Assembly: GCA_905372795.1 (NCBI GenBank)
Contig: CAJPQE010000001.1
Location: 1-52,948 of the forward strand
Length of the DNA: 52,948 bases
DNA from: Streptococcus cristatus
GTDB lineage: Bacteria > Bacillota > Bacilli > Lactobacillales > Streptococcaceae
Reading direction: 5' to 3'
Positions 20,657-30,263 of the stretch are shown here, one piece after another. Numbering within the stretch: the stretch's first letter is position 1; each line of letters starts with the position of its first letter. The position numbers and the translations under genes were made by a program. The notes below the pieces were generated by a model. It saw only the letters and a list, made by a program, of their open reading frames with translations. It did not search any database and was not told where the DNA came from.

Positions 20657-21829
20657 ATGATTAGAAATATTCTATCAAGTAATGGTAAAAGTCTAGGAAT
20701 CACCGACATCCTGCCCCAGTATGGTGAAGACTATCGTCTCTCTGTCATGGACGGAACAGTTGACTATCGAACAATCCCCTTAGGAGCCTACGATTTATTC
20801 AAACAAGGCTCCAGCAAACAGGATTATCTGGCAGATATTGAAAAAATTAAAACAATGGGCTTCAATACCTACCAGCTGTCCTTTTCATGGACTCGCCTCT
20901 TTCCGACAGGAGAAGAGCGGAGACCCGATGCTAAGGTCCTTGCTTTCTATGAGTCAATTATCGATGCACTGCTCGAGAATGACATTGAACCAATTGTAAG
21001 CCTGTCTCATTTTGATTTCCCTCTCCATTTGTATGAAAAATACGGAGCATGGAAAAGCCGGCAAATGATTGCCATGTATGAAAAGTATTGCGAAGCCGTT
21101 TTGACCCACTTTAAAGAAAAAGTCACTTACTGGATTACCTTTAAAGAAATGAGCGCTCTGTCTTATTTGCCATTCTTAGGCGCTGGGCTACACTTTGACA
21201 GCACAGAAAACCAAGAACAACAAATTTGGCTGGCTGCCCACCATCAGCTAATCGCATCCGCAAATATGGTTAAGCTCGGTCAAACCATCAATCCAACCTT
21301 CCAATTCGGTAGCTTGATTACCATCAATAGTGACTCTCACCAAGAAAATCACTCAGCTACTGATGCCTTGGGCCATGAGTTGAACAGACGTAAAAACTAC
21401 ATTTTTACAGATGTGCAGACCAAGGGACACTATCCAAATCACTTCCTTCGCTACATTGAGCGAAATCAGCTTGATCTGGGCATTACGGAAGAGGATGTCT
21501 TCGCCTTAAGGGAAGGCATCGTGGACTTTGTTGCCTTCTCACATTATGCGGCGGAAAATATCCAAGATTTGTTTACCAACAAATATGTCCGCAAAAATGT
21601 AGAAACTTGCCTTGCACAACCTGTCCTTCTTCGAATTGCCATGTCTGAGCTATATGAGCGCTACCACAAGCCTCTCTTGGTCATTGAGACTTGTTCTGAG
21701 GTCTCTGACCATCCGCAATTAGCTAAGAATATTCAAGACAACGTTCAAGAAATTATTAAATCCGTTGAGATTGACGGGATTGAGTTGCTTGGCTACACAC
21801 CATTTAGCTGGAGCGATGTAAATATCTAG
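20657..21829 (+). CDS. Divergent, truncated glycoside hydrolase family 1 (6-phospho-beta-glucosidase-like) protein
   Basis: GH1 hallmarks MGFNTYQLSFSWTRLFPTG, IEPIVSLSHFDFPLHL, LYERYHKPL, DGIELLGYTP; catalytic motifs altered to TFKEM and VIETC; 390 aa. Confidence 0.85.
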   Translation: MIRNILSSNGKSLGITDILPQYGEDYRLSVMDGTVDYRTIPLGAYDLFKQGSSKQDYLADIEKIKTMGFNTYQLSFSWTRLFPTGEERRPDAKVLAFYESIIDALLENDIEPIVSLSHFDFPLHLYEKYGAWKSRQMIAMYEKYCEAVLTHFKEKVTYWITFKEMSALSYLPFLGAGLHFDSTENQEQQIWLAAHHQLIASANMVKLGQTINPTFQFGSLITINSDSHQENHSATDALGHELNRRKNYIFTDVQTKGHYPNHFLRYIERNQLDLGITEEDVFALREGIVDFVAFSHYAAENIQDLFTNKYVRKNVETCLAQPVLLRIAMSELYERYHKPLLVIETCSEVSDHPQLAKNIQDNVQEIIKSVEIDGIELLGYTPFSWSDVNI

Positions 21830-21844
21830 GATCCAGTCCCAAGC

Positions 21845-21913
21845 TCAAAACATAGAAAAAATCTCCCCGAGAAAGTGAATAATCACTTGTGGGGAGATTT
21901 TTGATGTTTTTGA
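21845..21913. terminator. Bidirectional terminator
   Basis: AAAAATCTCCCC...GGGGAGATTTTT with extended imperfect arms, between convergent genes. Confidence 0.75.
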
Positions 21914-21928
21914 ATAGAGATCAAAGCC

Positions 21929-22576
21929 TTACTCTTTTCCTTTGCTATCTCTATAAATCCGATAGCTGGTCTCAGCGACAGGCAGGCCGATGATGGTGTG
22001 CCTATCACCTGTAATTGATCGGATAAAGCGAGGATCCAACTCCTGAAAACCGTAAGCACCCGCCTTATCCAGCGGACGCTTGTCATGCAGATAGGCCTCG
22101 ATGACAGGCTCTAATTCTGGGTAATAATCCACAAAGTCCACCTGCGCCACGGTGTAAAAAACTTCTAGAAAATCCTGCATACGTAGGCAGACCGAGGTCA
22201 CTACATGGTGGCTCTTGCCAAAGTAAGAGCGAAACATCCGACTGGCTTCAGCTAAATCCTGTGGTTTATTGTAAATCTGACCATCCACCACGACAATGGT
22301 ATCGGCCGAAATATAAAGAGTCTCGGCTTCCAAGTCCAAATCAGACTTGGCTTTGGAAATCTCACAGCAAATCTTGGCTGCCTTGGTCAGAAAATCCTGA
22401 TCATCGATGCTTGCCATACACTGCTCTTCGATAGCTCGCTCGTCCACTTCTACAGCCTGAATCTCTGGATTCAAAAAACTCAGCAATTCCTTGCGTCTAG
22501 GCGATGTAGATAACAAGACAAAGCGGCGAATCTCTCCTTTTTCACCTTCCCTTTGGTAGTCAAAAACCGTCTTCAT
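21929..22576 (-). CDS. Maf-family nucleotide pyrophosphatase
   Basis: LLSTSPRRKELL, ISADTIV, KPQD, DKAGAYGFQ, IIGLP. Confidence 0.9.
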   Translation of the reverse strand: MKTVFDYQREGEKGEIRRFVLLSTSPRRKELLSFLNPEIQAVEVDERAIEEQCMASIDDQDFLTKAAKICCEISKAKSDLDLEAETLYISADTIVVVDGQIYNKPQDLAEASRMFRSYFGKSHHVVTSVCLRMQDFLEVFYTVAQVDFVDYYPELEPVIEAYLHDKRPLDKAGAYGFQELDPRFIRSITGDRHTIIGLPVAETSYRIYRDSKGKE

Positions 22577-22800
22577 GATTGTCCTCCTAGGTCCTTTAAT
22601 TGAAAGAGTTCCTCCACCCGCAAATCAAAAACCTGAGCGATTTTTAAAGCCATCTCTAGCGAGGGATTGTAGCGATTATTTTCCAAATGCAAGATCGTTT
22701 CGCGCCGCATTCCAATGCGGTCCGCTAAATCCTGCTGGGTCATGCCTCTGGATTCGCGGACAGATTTGAGATTGGTGATAATATTGCTTTCCTTGGCCAT
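22573..22800 (-). CDS. XRE/Cro-family HTH transcriptional regulator
   Basis: MTQQDLADRIGMRRETILHLENNRYNPSLEMALKIA. Confidence 0.9.
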   Translation of the reverse strand: MAKESNIITNLKSVRESRGMTQQDLADRIGMRRETILHLENNRYNPSLEMALKIAQVFDLRVEELFQLKDLGGQS

Positions 22801-22802
22801 TT

Positions 22803-23405
22803 TTAACCCCTCTTTTCAAATAAAAAGAAGACAAAACCAAAGAGCAAAACCAAGACACCAATCATGATGAAAAATATTCCAGCATTGACTGTGATAGATC
22901 CTACATTAGCACTAAGCCCTGCAAGCACCAGTAAAGTTGCTATGCAGATGGCAAACATCAAAGTCGCTGCTTTTGCCAGATTGGCATAAAAGCGCTCGTC
23001 TGCTCTTTCTTTGACTTTTTTCAAAGCAAAAAACAGAAGAAAGAGAAACTGGATAGCGAGGAGGCCTCCCAAGGCAATATACTTTATAATAGGCGGATTG
23101 GTGCTCGGAGTCCACAACCAGATTCCGACAGTATAGATAGAGGTTGCCGTAAGCGTCAATAGATTATAAAATTTCATTGTCAGATCATAGACCTGCTTTT
23201 CTTGGACCTCTTTTATCTTCTTAGGCCATGGTTTCATGTGAAACCAAGACCAGATACTCACGAGCTGACCTAAACTTACTAAACCGACAATCATCCACTT
23301 GGCTGGCCAGTTGAGATTGCTGGGAGCAAAGAAAACGGTAAAATCAATAAAGAGAGCGGTGGCGACCATCAAAATGAGGCCAGCCATTTTTTGACTTTTT
23401 TTCAT
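22803..23405 (-). CDS. Hypothetical multi-pass membrane protein
   Basis: GAAAGGAG RBS before ATG 23405; about 6 TM; DERF..NL.KA motif; coupled to the XRE gene. Confidence 0.8.
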   Translation of the reverse strand: MKKSQKMAGLILMVATALFIDFTVFFAPSNLNWPAKWMIVGLVSLGQLVSIWSWFHMKPWPKKIKEVQEKQVYDLTMKFYNLLTLTATSIYTVGIWLWTPSTNPPIIKYIALGGLLAIQFLFLLFFALKKVKERADERFYANLAKAATLMFAICIATLLVLAGLSANVGSITVNAGIFFIMIGVLVLLFGFVFFLFEKRG

Positions 23406-23421
23406 GATAGACTCCTTTCGT

Positions 23422-23466
23422 GTGTTAGAAATATTTAACACCCTTTATGTTATAAATATATCACAT
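23422..23466. promoter_or_regulatory. Two tandem palindromic operators, probably for XRE autoregulation
   Basis: GTGTTA-N8-TAACAC (23422-23441) and ATGTTA-N8-TCACAT (23447-23466). Confidence 0.55.
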
Positions 23467-23555
23467 ACAAGAATAAAAGACAAGCATTTATGTGCTATTT
23501 GAGAATTTTTTTATTTCCGCAAACAAAAGCCCCAGAATTTCTCTGGGGAGCTGGC

Positions 23556-24416
23556 TTATTCTTTACTAATACAATATTCTTGGTGTTCCTGCAAGCTTTC
23601 ATCGGTCTGAATGGTCACTTTGGCAATGCCGTAAGCTAAGAGCTTTTGGCGCAGGACAGCCTGCGTTTCAGCCAGCAAATTGGGATTTTCCAGACAGATA
23701 TGAAGCATGGCAAATTTTTCCAAGCCATCTGTTGTCCAAACATTGAGCTGGGTGATGGCTCGCACATTTTCCAGCGCTGCTATTTCCTGATAAAGCTGAC
23801 TAAGATCCACATCGCTGGGCACATGGTCTAGGAAGATCTGGATATTCTCCCAAAATTTTGGCAGCGCCTTGCTGAGAATAAAGCCTGCGATGACGAGAGA
23901 AAGCAGCGGATCCAGGAAATACCAATCGGTGAAGCGCAAAATAAGAGATACGAGAATAACCGCTAGCCAGCCCAAAATATCCTCAAGAAAATGCAGACTA
24001 AGAATGGATTCATTGTGGCTGTGGCCATGGCTGACTACTCTGCTAGCTGCTGTATTAACGGCAATAGCAACAATTCCCAAAACCAACATGCCATCATAAT
24101 TTACCTTCTCAGGAGCGAATAATTTAGGGACATTTTCCACGATGACCAAGGTCGAACCGACCAGCAAAATCACTGAGGTCAAGAGAGCACCCAGCAGGCT
24201 GTAGCGTTTATATCCTAGGGTATAGTTGCGGTCTTCTTTTCTAGTGGAAATCTTTTCAAAAAGAGTCGATAGACCAATAGCTAAAGCATCTCCCGTATCG
24301 TGAATTGCATCCGCTAAGACAGCGCTAGAATGAAAGAGAAGCCCAAAGATAAATTCAATAATAGCAAAAGAAAGGTTCAAGAGAAAGGCAATGGTCATAT
24401 TTCTACTGGATTTCAT
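23556..24416 (-). CDS. czcD: Cation diffusion facilitator (Zn/Co/Cd efflux)
   Basis: LADAIHDTGD, YTLGYKR, LHFLEDILG motifs; AAGGAGG RBS; divergent TetR gene. Confidence 0.88.
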   Translation of the reverse strand: MKSSRNMTIAFLLNLSFAIIEFIFGLLFHSSAVLADAIHDTGDALAIGLSTLFEKISTRKEDRNYTLGYKRYSLLGALLTSVILLVGSTLVIVENVPKLFAPEKVNYDGMLVLGIVAIAVNTAASRVVSHGHSHNESILSLHFLEDILGWLAVILVSLILRFTDWYFLDPLLSLVIAGFILSKALPKFWENIQIFLDHVPSDVDLSQLYQEIAALENVRAITQLNVWTTDGLEKFAMLHICLENPNLLAETQAVLRQKLLAYGIAKVTIQTDESLQEHQEYCISKE

Positions 24417-24477
24417 GTCAACCTCCTTATTTATTTTCCTGAAAAAATACGATTTATGGTATAATCTAATCAATACC

Positions 24478-24491
24478 GAACACTCTGTTCA
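24478..24491. promoter_or_regulatory. Putative SczA operator
   Basis: GAACA-CTC-TGTTC(A) palindrome containing TGTTCA, in the czcD/TetR intergenic region. Confidence 0.5.
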
Positions 24492-24585
24492 ATTATATTA
24501 TCCACTATTATCAGAAAGGAAACAAGAGCCAGTTCATGCCCTTTGTCTCTTAGCAGACAAAAAGCTCTTTTTGTACGGAATTTCC

Positions 24586-25107
24586 ATGGATAGACGAGTA
24601 AAAAAATCACGCGCAGCTATTTACCAAGCCTTTATCAGCCTGCTCAATCAGAAAAGCTACGAAAGCATCACTGTTCAGGAAATCATTGATCTAGCAGATG
24701 TGGGCCGCTCCACCTTCTATAGCCACTTTGAGACCAAGGAAACCCTACTGGAGGAACTCTGCCAAGATCTCTTTCAGCATACCTTTATTGAGCGTTCTGA
24801 AGGACGCGATTTGTTTGAAGCGACAGCCCATATTTTCCATCACTTTCGGAAAAATCAGGATCGGATAGCCACCCTCCTCTTGGCTAAAAATACTTATTTC
24901 ATCAACCGCTTGAAAATCGAGCTAGAGCGCTATCTCTTTCCCATGATTGAGCAGACATTATTGCAGAAAAAAAGTCATCTGCCGGACAACTTTTTAAAAA
25001 ATTATGTGACATCAACTTTTGTGGATACGGTCAGCTGGTGGTTGCAGCAACGAAATCAGGTTGACGAAGACACGATTTCTCGTTATTTTCTGGACTTGAT
25101 GGACTAA
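24586..25107 (+). CDS. sczA: TetR-family regulator (SczA-like)
   Basis: DRRVKKSRAAIYQAF...ITVQEIIDLADVGRSTFYSHF; divergent from czcD; start uncertain (weak RBS). Confidence 0.75.
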   Translation: MDRRVKKSRAAIYQAFISLLNQKSYESITVQEIIDLADVGRSTFYSHFETKETLLEELCQDLFQHTFIERSEGRDLFEATAHIFHHFRKNQDRIATLLLAKNTYFINRLKIELERYLFPMIEQTLLQKKSHLPDNFLKNYVTSTFVDTVSWWLQQRNQVDEDTISRYFLDLMD

Positions 25108-25183
25108 GCCGTAATTCACCTATCATTTTCTAAAAAGATATGGTATAATCGTTCCTTGACATACGAAAGGAGATTGACTATTT

Positions 25184-26356
25184 ATGAAAAAAGAACACTC
25201 ACCATTTTTAATTCCAGGTATAGTGATGATCGGGATAGCACTGCGGGCTCCTTTTACTGTTTTACCTATCGTTCTGACAGATATTGCTGAGGGGCTACAG
25301 GTTCCAGTTAGCTCCCTGGGCCTCTTGACCAGTCTGCCTTTGATTATGTTTGCCCTCTGCTCGGTCTTTGCTCCGCGCTTAGCGCAAAAGATGAGCTTGG
25401 AAAAACTGTTTGCTCTTGTGCTAGTCGTCCTAACTCTAGGCTCGCTGATTCGCGTATTTAATCTTCCCTTACTCTATACGGGGACTATTATTTTAGGAGC
25501 GGCTATTGCTGTCTTAAACGTCCTTCTTCCGAGCTTGATTCAGGCCAATCAGCCACATCGTGTCGGTCTTTTGACAACTCTTTATATCACATCAATGGGG
25601 CTGTCGATCACGATTCTGTCTGCTTTGGCTGTTCCCATCGTTCAAATGAGCTCTTGGCAAGGTCTCATTTGGGTGTCGACCCTGATTTGCCTTGTGATTC
25701 TCTTGGTTTGGCTACCCAATGTCAAATATAGCCATCGCTTGGCGGCTAAACAGCAAGGAAAGCAAGAGCAAGGAGCTCTTCTAAAAAATCCAAGAGTCTG
25801 GGCCTTAATTTTATTTGGTGGCTTACAGTCACTACTCTTTTATACCAGTATGACTTGGTTGCCAACCTTGGGACAACAAGCTGGCCTTTCTACTGATACG
25901 ACCGGACTACTAGCAGCGGTCTTTTCTCTGATTAGCCTGCCCTTTTCGATGACAATTCCTAGCTTGACAGCGCGCTTGAAGGCTCGTCAACGTCTGATTA
26001 TGATTAGCTTGGTTTCTGCGGCAGGTCTGATCGGCATTACCATGCTCTTGATTCGGACAGATGCCTTTGCTTACTGGCTGGTTCTTAATCTCCTCATTGG
26101 TATGTCTGTCAGCGCTCTCTTCCCCTATCTCATGGTGACCTTCTCCCTCAAGACCTCTACGCCTGCGCAAACGGCCCAATTATCCGGACTGGCTCAAACT
26201 GGAGGATATATCCTAGCCGCCTTCGGCCCTAGCCTCTTTGGCTACAGTTTTGATTTGTTCCATTCTTGGACACCAGCCATCCTCATCCTCCTCGGACTGA
26301 CCGTTATCATGACCATGAGCCTCTTTTACATAGAAAAATTTGATAAGATTCTATAA
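25184..26356 (+). CDS. MFS transporter, CynX/NimT family
   Basis: About 12 TM; LRAPFT, LLTSLPL and LSGLAQTGGY motifs. Confidence 0.85.
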   Translation: MKKEHSPFLIPGIVMIGIALRAPFTVLPIVLTDIAEGLQVPVSSLGLLTSLPLIMFALCSVFAPRLAQKMSLEKLFALVLVVLTLGSLIRVFNLPLLYTGTIILGAAIAVLNVLLPSLIQANQPHRVGLLTTLYITSMGLSITILSALAVPIVQMSSWQGLIWVSTLICLVILLVWLPNVKYSHRLAAKQQGKQEQGALLKNPRVWALILFGGLQSLLFYTSMTWLPTLGQQAGLSTDTTGLLAAVFSLISLPFSMTIPSLTARLKARQRLIMISLVSAAGLIGITMLLIRTDAFAYWLVLNLLIGMSVSALFPYLMVTFSLKTSTPAQTAQLSGLAQTGGYILAAFGPSLFGYSFDLFHSWTPAILILLGLTVIMTMSLFYIEKFDKIL

Positions 26357-26578
26357 AACTTCTGATTCTCCATCAGGAGTTTTTTACTGCCAAATTTCTT
26401 GTAATTTCCGAAATTCGCTTGAAATCATCTTTCCTCATCTTACTTGCTTGATTTTTTTGCTTATAACATAACTTTTAAACGACTTTTTTATATTCGACAA
26501 AATAACTTACATTTCATTATAAAAACTTGCATATGCTTATTAAATGAATTATAATGAACTTATAAAGTAGCAGAAAGG

Positions 26579-27334
26579 ATGAAAAAGATGTATCAAGAGC
26601 AGCGGCTTTCAAAGATGCTGGAACTTTTAGAGGACAAAGGACAACTGGCAGCTAAGGACATGGTGGATTATTTTCAGGTTTCTAAGGACACTATTCGCCG
26701 TGATTTCTCGATTTTGAGCGAGCGAAAACTGGTCCAGCGTACCCATGGCGGGATTATTCCTTTGGAAACTAGTCGGCAAATTCCTTCTTTCAACGATCGT
26801 GTAGGCCAACTAAACCAAGAAAAAAAGGCCATTGCTCACAAGGCTCTGGACTTTCTCAAACCCAATCAGGTCAATTTCTTTGATGTATCAACGGTGGTTC
26901 TCAAGCTGGCTCAGCAAGTTCAGCAACCGATGACGATTTTTTCTCATTCTTTGGATAATGCCATCATGCTGAGTGGTCAAGAGCAGGTTGCTTTCCATCT
27001 TTTAGGTGGAAAGTTCTATCCGAGAAATCGTTTTTACTACGCCCTCAATGAAGCCGAGTTGCTCAGAGAAATTTCTTTTGATCTAGCCTTTATCGGAGCT
27101 GCAGGTCTGAAAAATGGCCAAATCAGCTTTGAAGATCAGGAAGATGCCTATCTGAAGAAGCTAGCTCTCAAGCAGGCCAAGACAAAGATTCTGCTGGCCG
27201 AGCAGGCCAAAGTTAAGAAAGAAGCAACCTATATTTTAGGAAATATCAGCGATTTTGACTACTGGATTACCGATCAAAAACCTAGCCCTGAGCTAGAAGC
27301 TCTTCTGGCTGGGAAAGTCACCATTATTTACTAG
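26579..27334 (+). CDS. DeoR/GlpR-family transcriptional regulator
   Basis: FQVSKDTIRRDF...RTHGG HTH; EKKAIA. Confidence 0.9.
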   Translation: MKKMYQEQRLSKMLELLEDKGQLAAKDMVDYFQVSKDTIRRDFSILSERKLVQRTHGGIIPLETSRQIPSFNDRVGQLNQEKKAIAHKALDFLKPNQVNFFDVSTVVLKLAQQVQQPMTIFSHSLDNAIMLSGQEQVAFHLLGGKFYPRNRFYYALNEAELLREISFDLAFIGAAGLKNGQISFEDQEDAYLKKLALKQAKTKILLAEQAKVKKEATYILGNISDFDYWITDQKPSPELEALLAGKVTIIY

Positions 27335-27375
27335 CTCGACAAGATTTCATTTTGTAGCTTATGGAGGAAGCAACC

Positions 27376-28203
27376 ATGACCAATCAAGATATTCGCTTAA
27401 TTATCAGCGACATTGACGGCACAATTCTCGATGACCAGCACCAAGTAGATCCGCAGCTGAGGGAGCAGATTCCCTTGCTGAACAAAGAAAACATCCCCTT
27501 TGTCCTAGCCTCTGCCCGCTCTCCTCTGGGCATGGAGCCAATTGCTCGTAAGCTAGGGCTAGGTGATAACCCACTAGCCTGCTACAACGGTGCTCTGGTC
27601 ATCAAGGGTGATCCGCAAAATTACGAGACCATTATCGAGCATCCATTGGATAAAAAAGAAATCCGCACTTTTCTGGAGTTGGTCAAAACTAAGTTTCCTA
27701 GTGTTTCCATCAATCTCTACTCTGGCAAAGATTGGATTGCTGACCGTTTGGACAAGTGGGTGCAGATTGAAGCCGAGATTACAGGTGAGCAGCCTCTTAT
27801 TCAAAATATTCTACTGCCTGTTCTGGATGTGCTCATCCCAGCCCATAAGTTGCTGTTGATTGATGAGGCAGCTGTTATCCAGCAACTCCATGACTACTTG
27901 CAAACGATGGATTTTCCAAATACAGCCTTCTACCTGTCCAAGGACAACTATTTGGAAGTCACACATAAACAAGTGTCAAAAGAGCAGGCCCTTCTAGAAG
28001 TGGCCAAACACTACCAGATTCCGCTGGAACAGGTCATGACAATTGGAGACAACTTCAATGACCTTCCGATGCTGCGACTGGCTGGTCTGGGAGTTGCTAT
28101 GGGCAATGCCCCTGAAGCAGTTAAAGCCGAGGCAACAGTCGTCACTAAAAGCAACAATCAGCACGGTGTCGCCAAAGCTATTGAAGAATATGTTTTACTA
28201 TGA
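27376..28203 (+). CDS. Cof-type HAD-IIB hydrolase
   Basis: SDIDGTIL, ASAR, IGDNFNDLPML...AMGNA; GGAGG RBS before ATG 27376. Confidence 0.92.
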   Translation: MTNQDIRLIISDIDGTILDDQHQVDPQLREQIPLLNKENIPFVLASARSPLGMEPIARKLGLGDNPLACYNGALVIKGDPQNYETIIEHPLDKKEIRTFLELVKTKFPSVSINLYSGKDWIADRLDKWVQIEAEITGEQPLIQNILLPVLDVLIPAHKLLLIDEAAVIQQLHDYLQTMDFPNTAFYLSKDNYLEVTHKQVSKEQALLEVAKHYQIPLEQVMTIGDNFNDLPMLRLAGLGVAMGNAPEAVKAEATVVTKSNNQHGVAKAIEEYVLL

Positions 28204-28234
28204 TGCAAAAAAATCTGCCCTTGAGCAGATTTTT

Positions 28235-28714
28235 TTATTGATGGTAATCATAGGCAAGGCGAGGGCTGCCATCTGGCAAATAAATCGTGCCACACTGGCT
28301 AAAACCGTAGCGGCGAATGGCTGCCTGCATCGGATGGTTATCTTCATGCGTATCAATGCGAAGATAAGGAATCTGCTGCAGGCAAAAGTCAAAACATTGA
28401 TGAGCCAGACCCTTTACTTGTCCATTTGAAGCGATACGATGGATTGTACCGTAAGCCTCTGAAAAATGCCAAGCACCTTCAATCTCTTGGTAGGTTGGAT
28501 CTGGTCCGATGATGAACGCAAAGGTTCCAACAACTTGCCCAGCCTCTTCAAAGACATAGCAGTGACCCGACTGAATAGCTTCCTCTACCAGCTGACGATT
28601 CGGATAGGAAGCTGACCACTGATTTGGATTCCCCGTATTCCGCATAAACTCCCTAGCCTGATCAAAAATTGCTAAAATTGCTGGGATATCCTGCATTTCC
28701 GCCAAGCGAATCAT
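28235..28714 (-). CDS. GNAT-family N-acetyltransferase
   Basis: IHRIAS...KGLA, LRIDTHEDNHPMQ...GF..CG. Confidence 0.85.
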   Translation of the reverse strand: MIRLAEMQDIPAILAIFDQAREFMRNTGNPNQWSASYPNRQLVEEAIQSGHCYVFEEAGQVVGTFAFIIGPDPTYQEIEGAWHFSEAYGTIHRIASNGQVKGLAHQCFDFCLQQIPYLRIDTHEDNHPMQAAIRRYGFSQCGTIYLPDGSPRLAYDYHQ

Positions 28715-28738
28715 GTCGCCTCCTTCCAGCCTATTACC

Positions 28739-30010
28739 TTATTTGACAAATTCCTCGTAGTCGCCCGTGTAATTAGCCCACTCCTTACTGAAGAATTTCT
28801 CATTGATCTGATAGTTGGGAGCAGGTTGGGGGTTAGAGACAAAAGGATCTACAGCCTTATCGAAGGCCAGCCAGCCATTCCAGCCCATGTGGATCGTGTC
28901 CTGCATGAAGTAAGGCTTGTCGCCGTCCTTAGAAAAGTCAGCAATATTTGTAAAACCTTGACTCTCCAGCTGGAACTTAATCTTCTCAACTGTCCGCTGA
29001 TACATCTCTTCACTCAACCCAGTATAGGCCATCCATTTGGCATTGACCGGTGGAATGACAAAGATAACATTCGTATGGGATTTGGCAAATTGTTCCAAAA
29101 CCAGCTGCAAATCATTGTACTCAGGAGACTTTTCGTAAGACTGTTTGGATTGGAATCCTTTGAACTTCTTGATTTTTCTAGCCAAACGCTTCTTATAAAA
29201 GTCGTTATCGATACCTAAATCATTGTTATTGGTCTGCTTGACAGCATCTGCAGTAGCCAGTTTTTCCAATTCTTCATAGGAGAATTCATCTGGAAGACGG
29301 GAAAGCTGAGGCAAAACCTTCGTGTCATAGTTGCCATTATTACCAGCAGCAAATGTACTGAAAAATGCATCCTCCCGCTGATAAATCCGGCTCATAGTAT
29401 GGATATACTGCTGCTCAAAAGAAGTCAGTTGGCTTCCATCGGCCACTTTCCTGACAATATCCCCCATAGCAATGTTGGGATAGAGCTGCAAAAGCCGCTG
29501 GGCTGCATACTGAGCGCCTACGCCACCGTCCTGCCAACTGAGAAAGCCAGCTAGCTGGTCGCTATTGAAATACTGCTGAAAAGCTGCTGCATCATAGCCT
29601 TTTTTGGTAAACCATTGCGGAGAAACGACATAGACAGCCGTCTTATTTTCCAGCTCAGAGGTCATCTGCTGCATCCCAAAATATTGGTTGAGCGAAGCCG
29701 CCCCCCGCTGCCCTAGAAAATAAGGTCGGTAATTGCGGTCATACTTCTCAGCCAAAACAGCTGGGTGCATACTGTCAAAGCGCAGCCATTCGCTGGAGCC
29801 AAAGTAGGGCACAAAACGGGTATCTTGATCTGTCAGGGCCGTCATTTTTTTGCTACGGCTCTTGAAAGTTTCTGCTGTAAGGGTCACAGCTGCCCGCTTC
29901 TCTGCTTCCACATCATGCTTTTTCTCAAGCGGATAGAAGAAAAAGAGTAGGGCGACCATGACCAAGGCGCAGAAGACCGGCCCCAGAATCAGCCAGAGTC
30001 GTTTAAGCAT
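28739..30010 (-). CDS. dltD: D-alanyl-lipoteichoic acid biosynthesis protein DltD
   Basis: [23 protein letters not shown]. Confidence 0.96.
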   Translation of the reverse strand: MLKRLWLILGPVFCALVMVALLFFFYPLEKKHDVEAEKRAAVTLTAETFKSRSKKMTALTDQDTRFVPYFGSSEWLRFDSMHPAVLAEKYDRNYRPYFLGQRGAASLNQYFGMQQMTSELENKTAVYVVSPQWFTKKGYDAAAFQQYFNSDQLAGFLSWQDGGVGAQYAAQRLLQLYPNIAMGDIVRKVADGSQLTSFEQQYIHTMSRIYQREDAFFSTFAAGNNGNYDTKVLPQLSRLPDEFSYEELEKLATADAVKQTNNNDLGIDNDFYKKRLARKIKKFKGFQSKQSYEKSPEYNDLQLVLEQFAKSHTNVIFVIPPVNAKWMAYTGLSEEMYQRTVEKIKFQLESQGFTNIADFSKDGDKPYFMQDTIHMGWNGWLAFDKAVDPFVSNPQPAPNYQINEKFFSKEWANYTGDYEEFVK

Positions 30011-30242
30011 TACGAAGCTCCGTTACGCCTTCAACGATTTTATTGGCTGTATTCCAGTCATCGCGGCCAAATTCTGACACTGGCACGCGGATGTCAAAAC
30101 GGTTTTCCAACTCAACAATCAGCTCCACCGTTCCCATACTGTCCAAAACGCCAGCATCAAACAAATCCTCGTCCATCATGTCCGAAACATCTTCCATAAA
30201 TAATTCGTCAATAATTTCAATTACTTCTGCTTTTACATCCAT
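30003..30242 (-). CDS. dltC: D-alanyl carrier protein
   Basis: [11 protein letters not shown] phosphopantetheine motif. Confidence 0.97.
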   Translation of the reverse strand: MDVKAEVIEIIDELFMEDVSDMMDEDLFDAGVLDSMGTVELIVELENRFDIRVPVSEFGRDDWNTANKIVEGVTELRNA

Positions 30243-30263
30243 TATAGTTTCCTCGTTTACATT

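Noticed and set aside
24391..24585. N-terminal extension of the TetR ORF
   Set aside because: Overlaps the czcD start and the divergent promoter region; TetR similarity begins at MDRR
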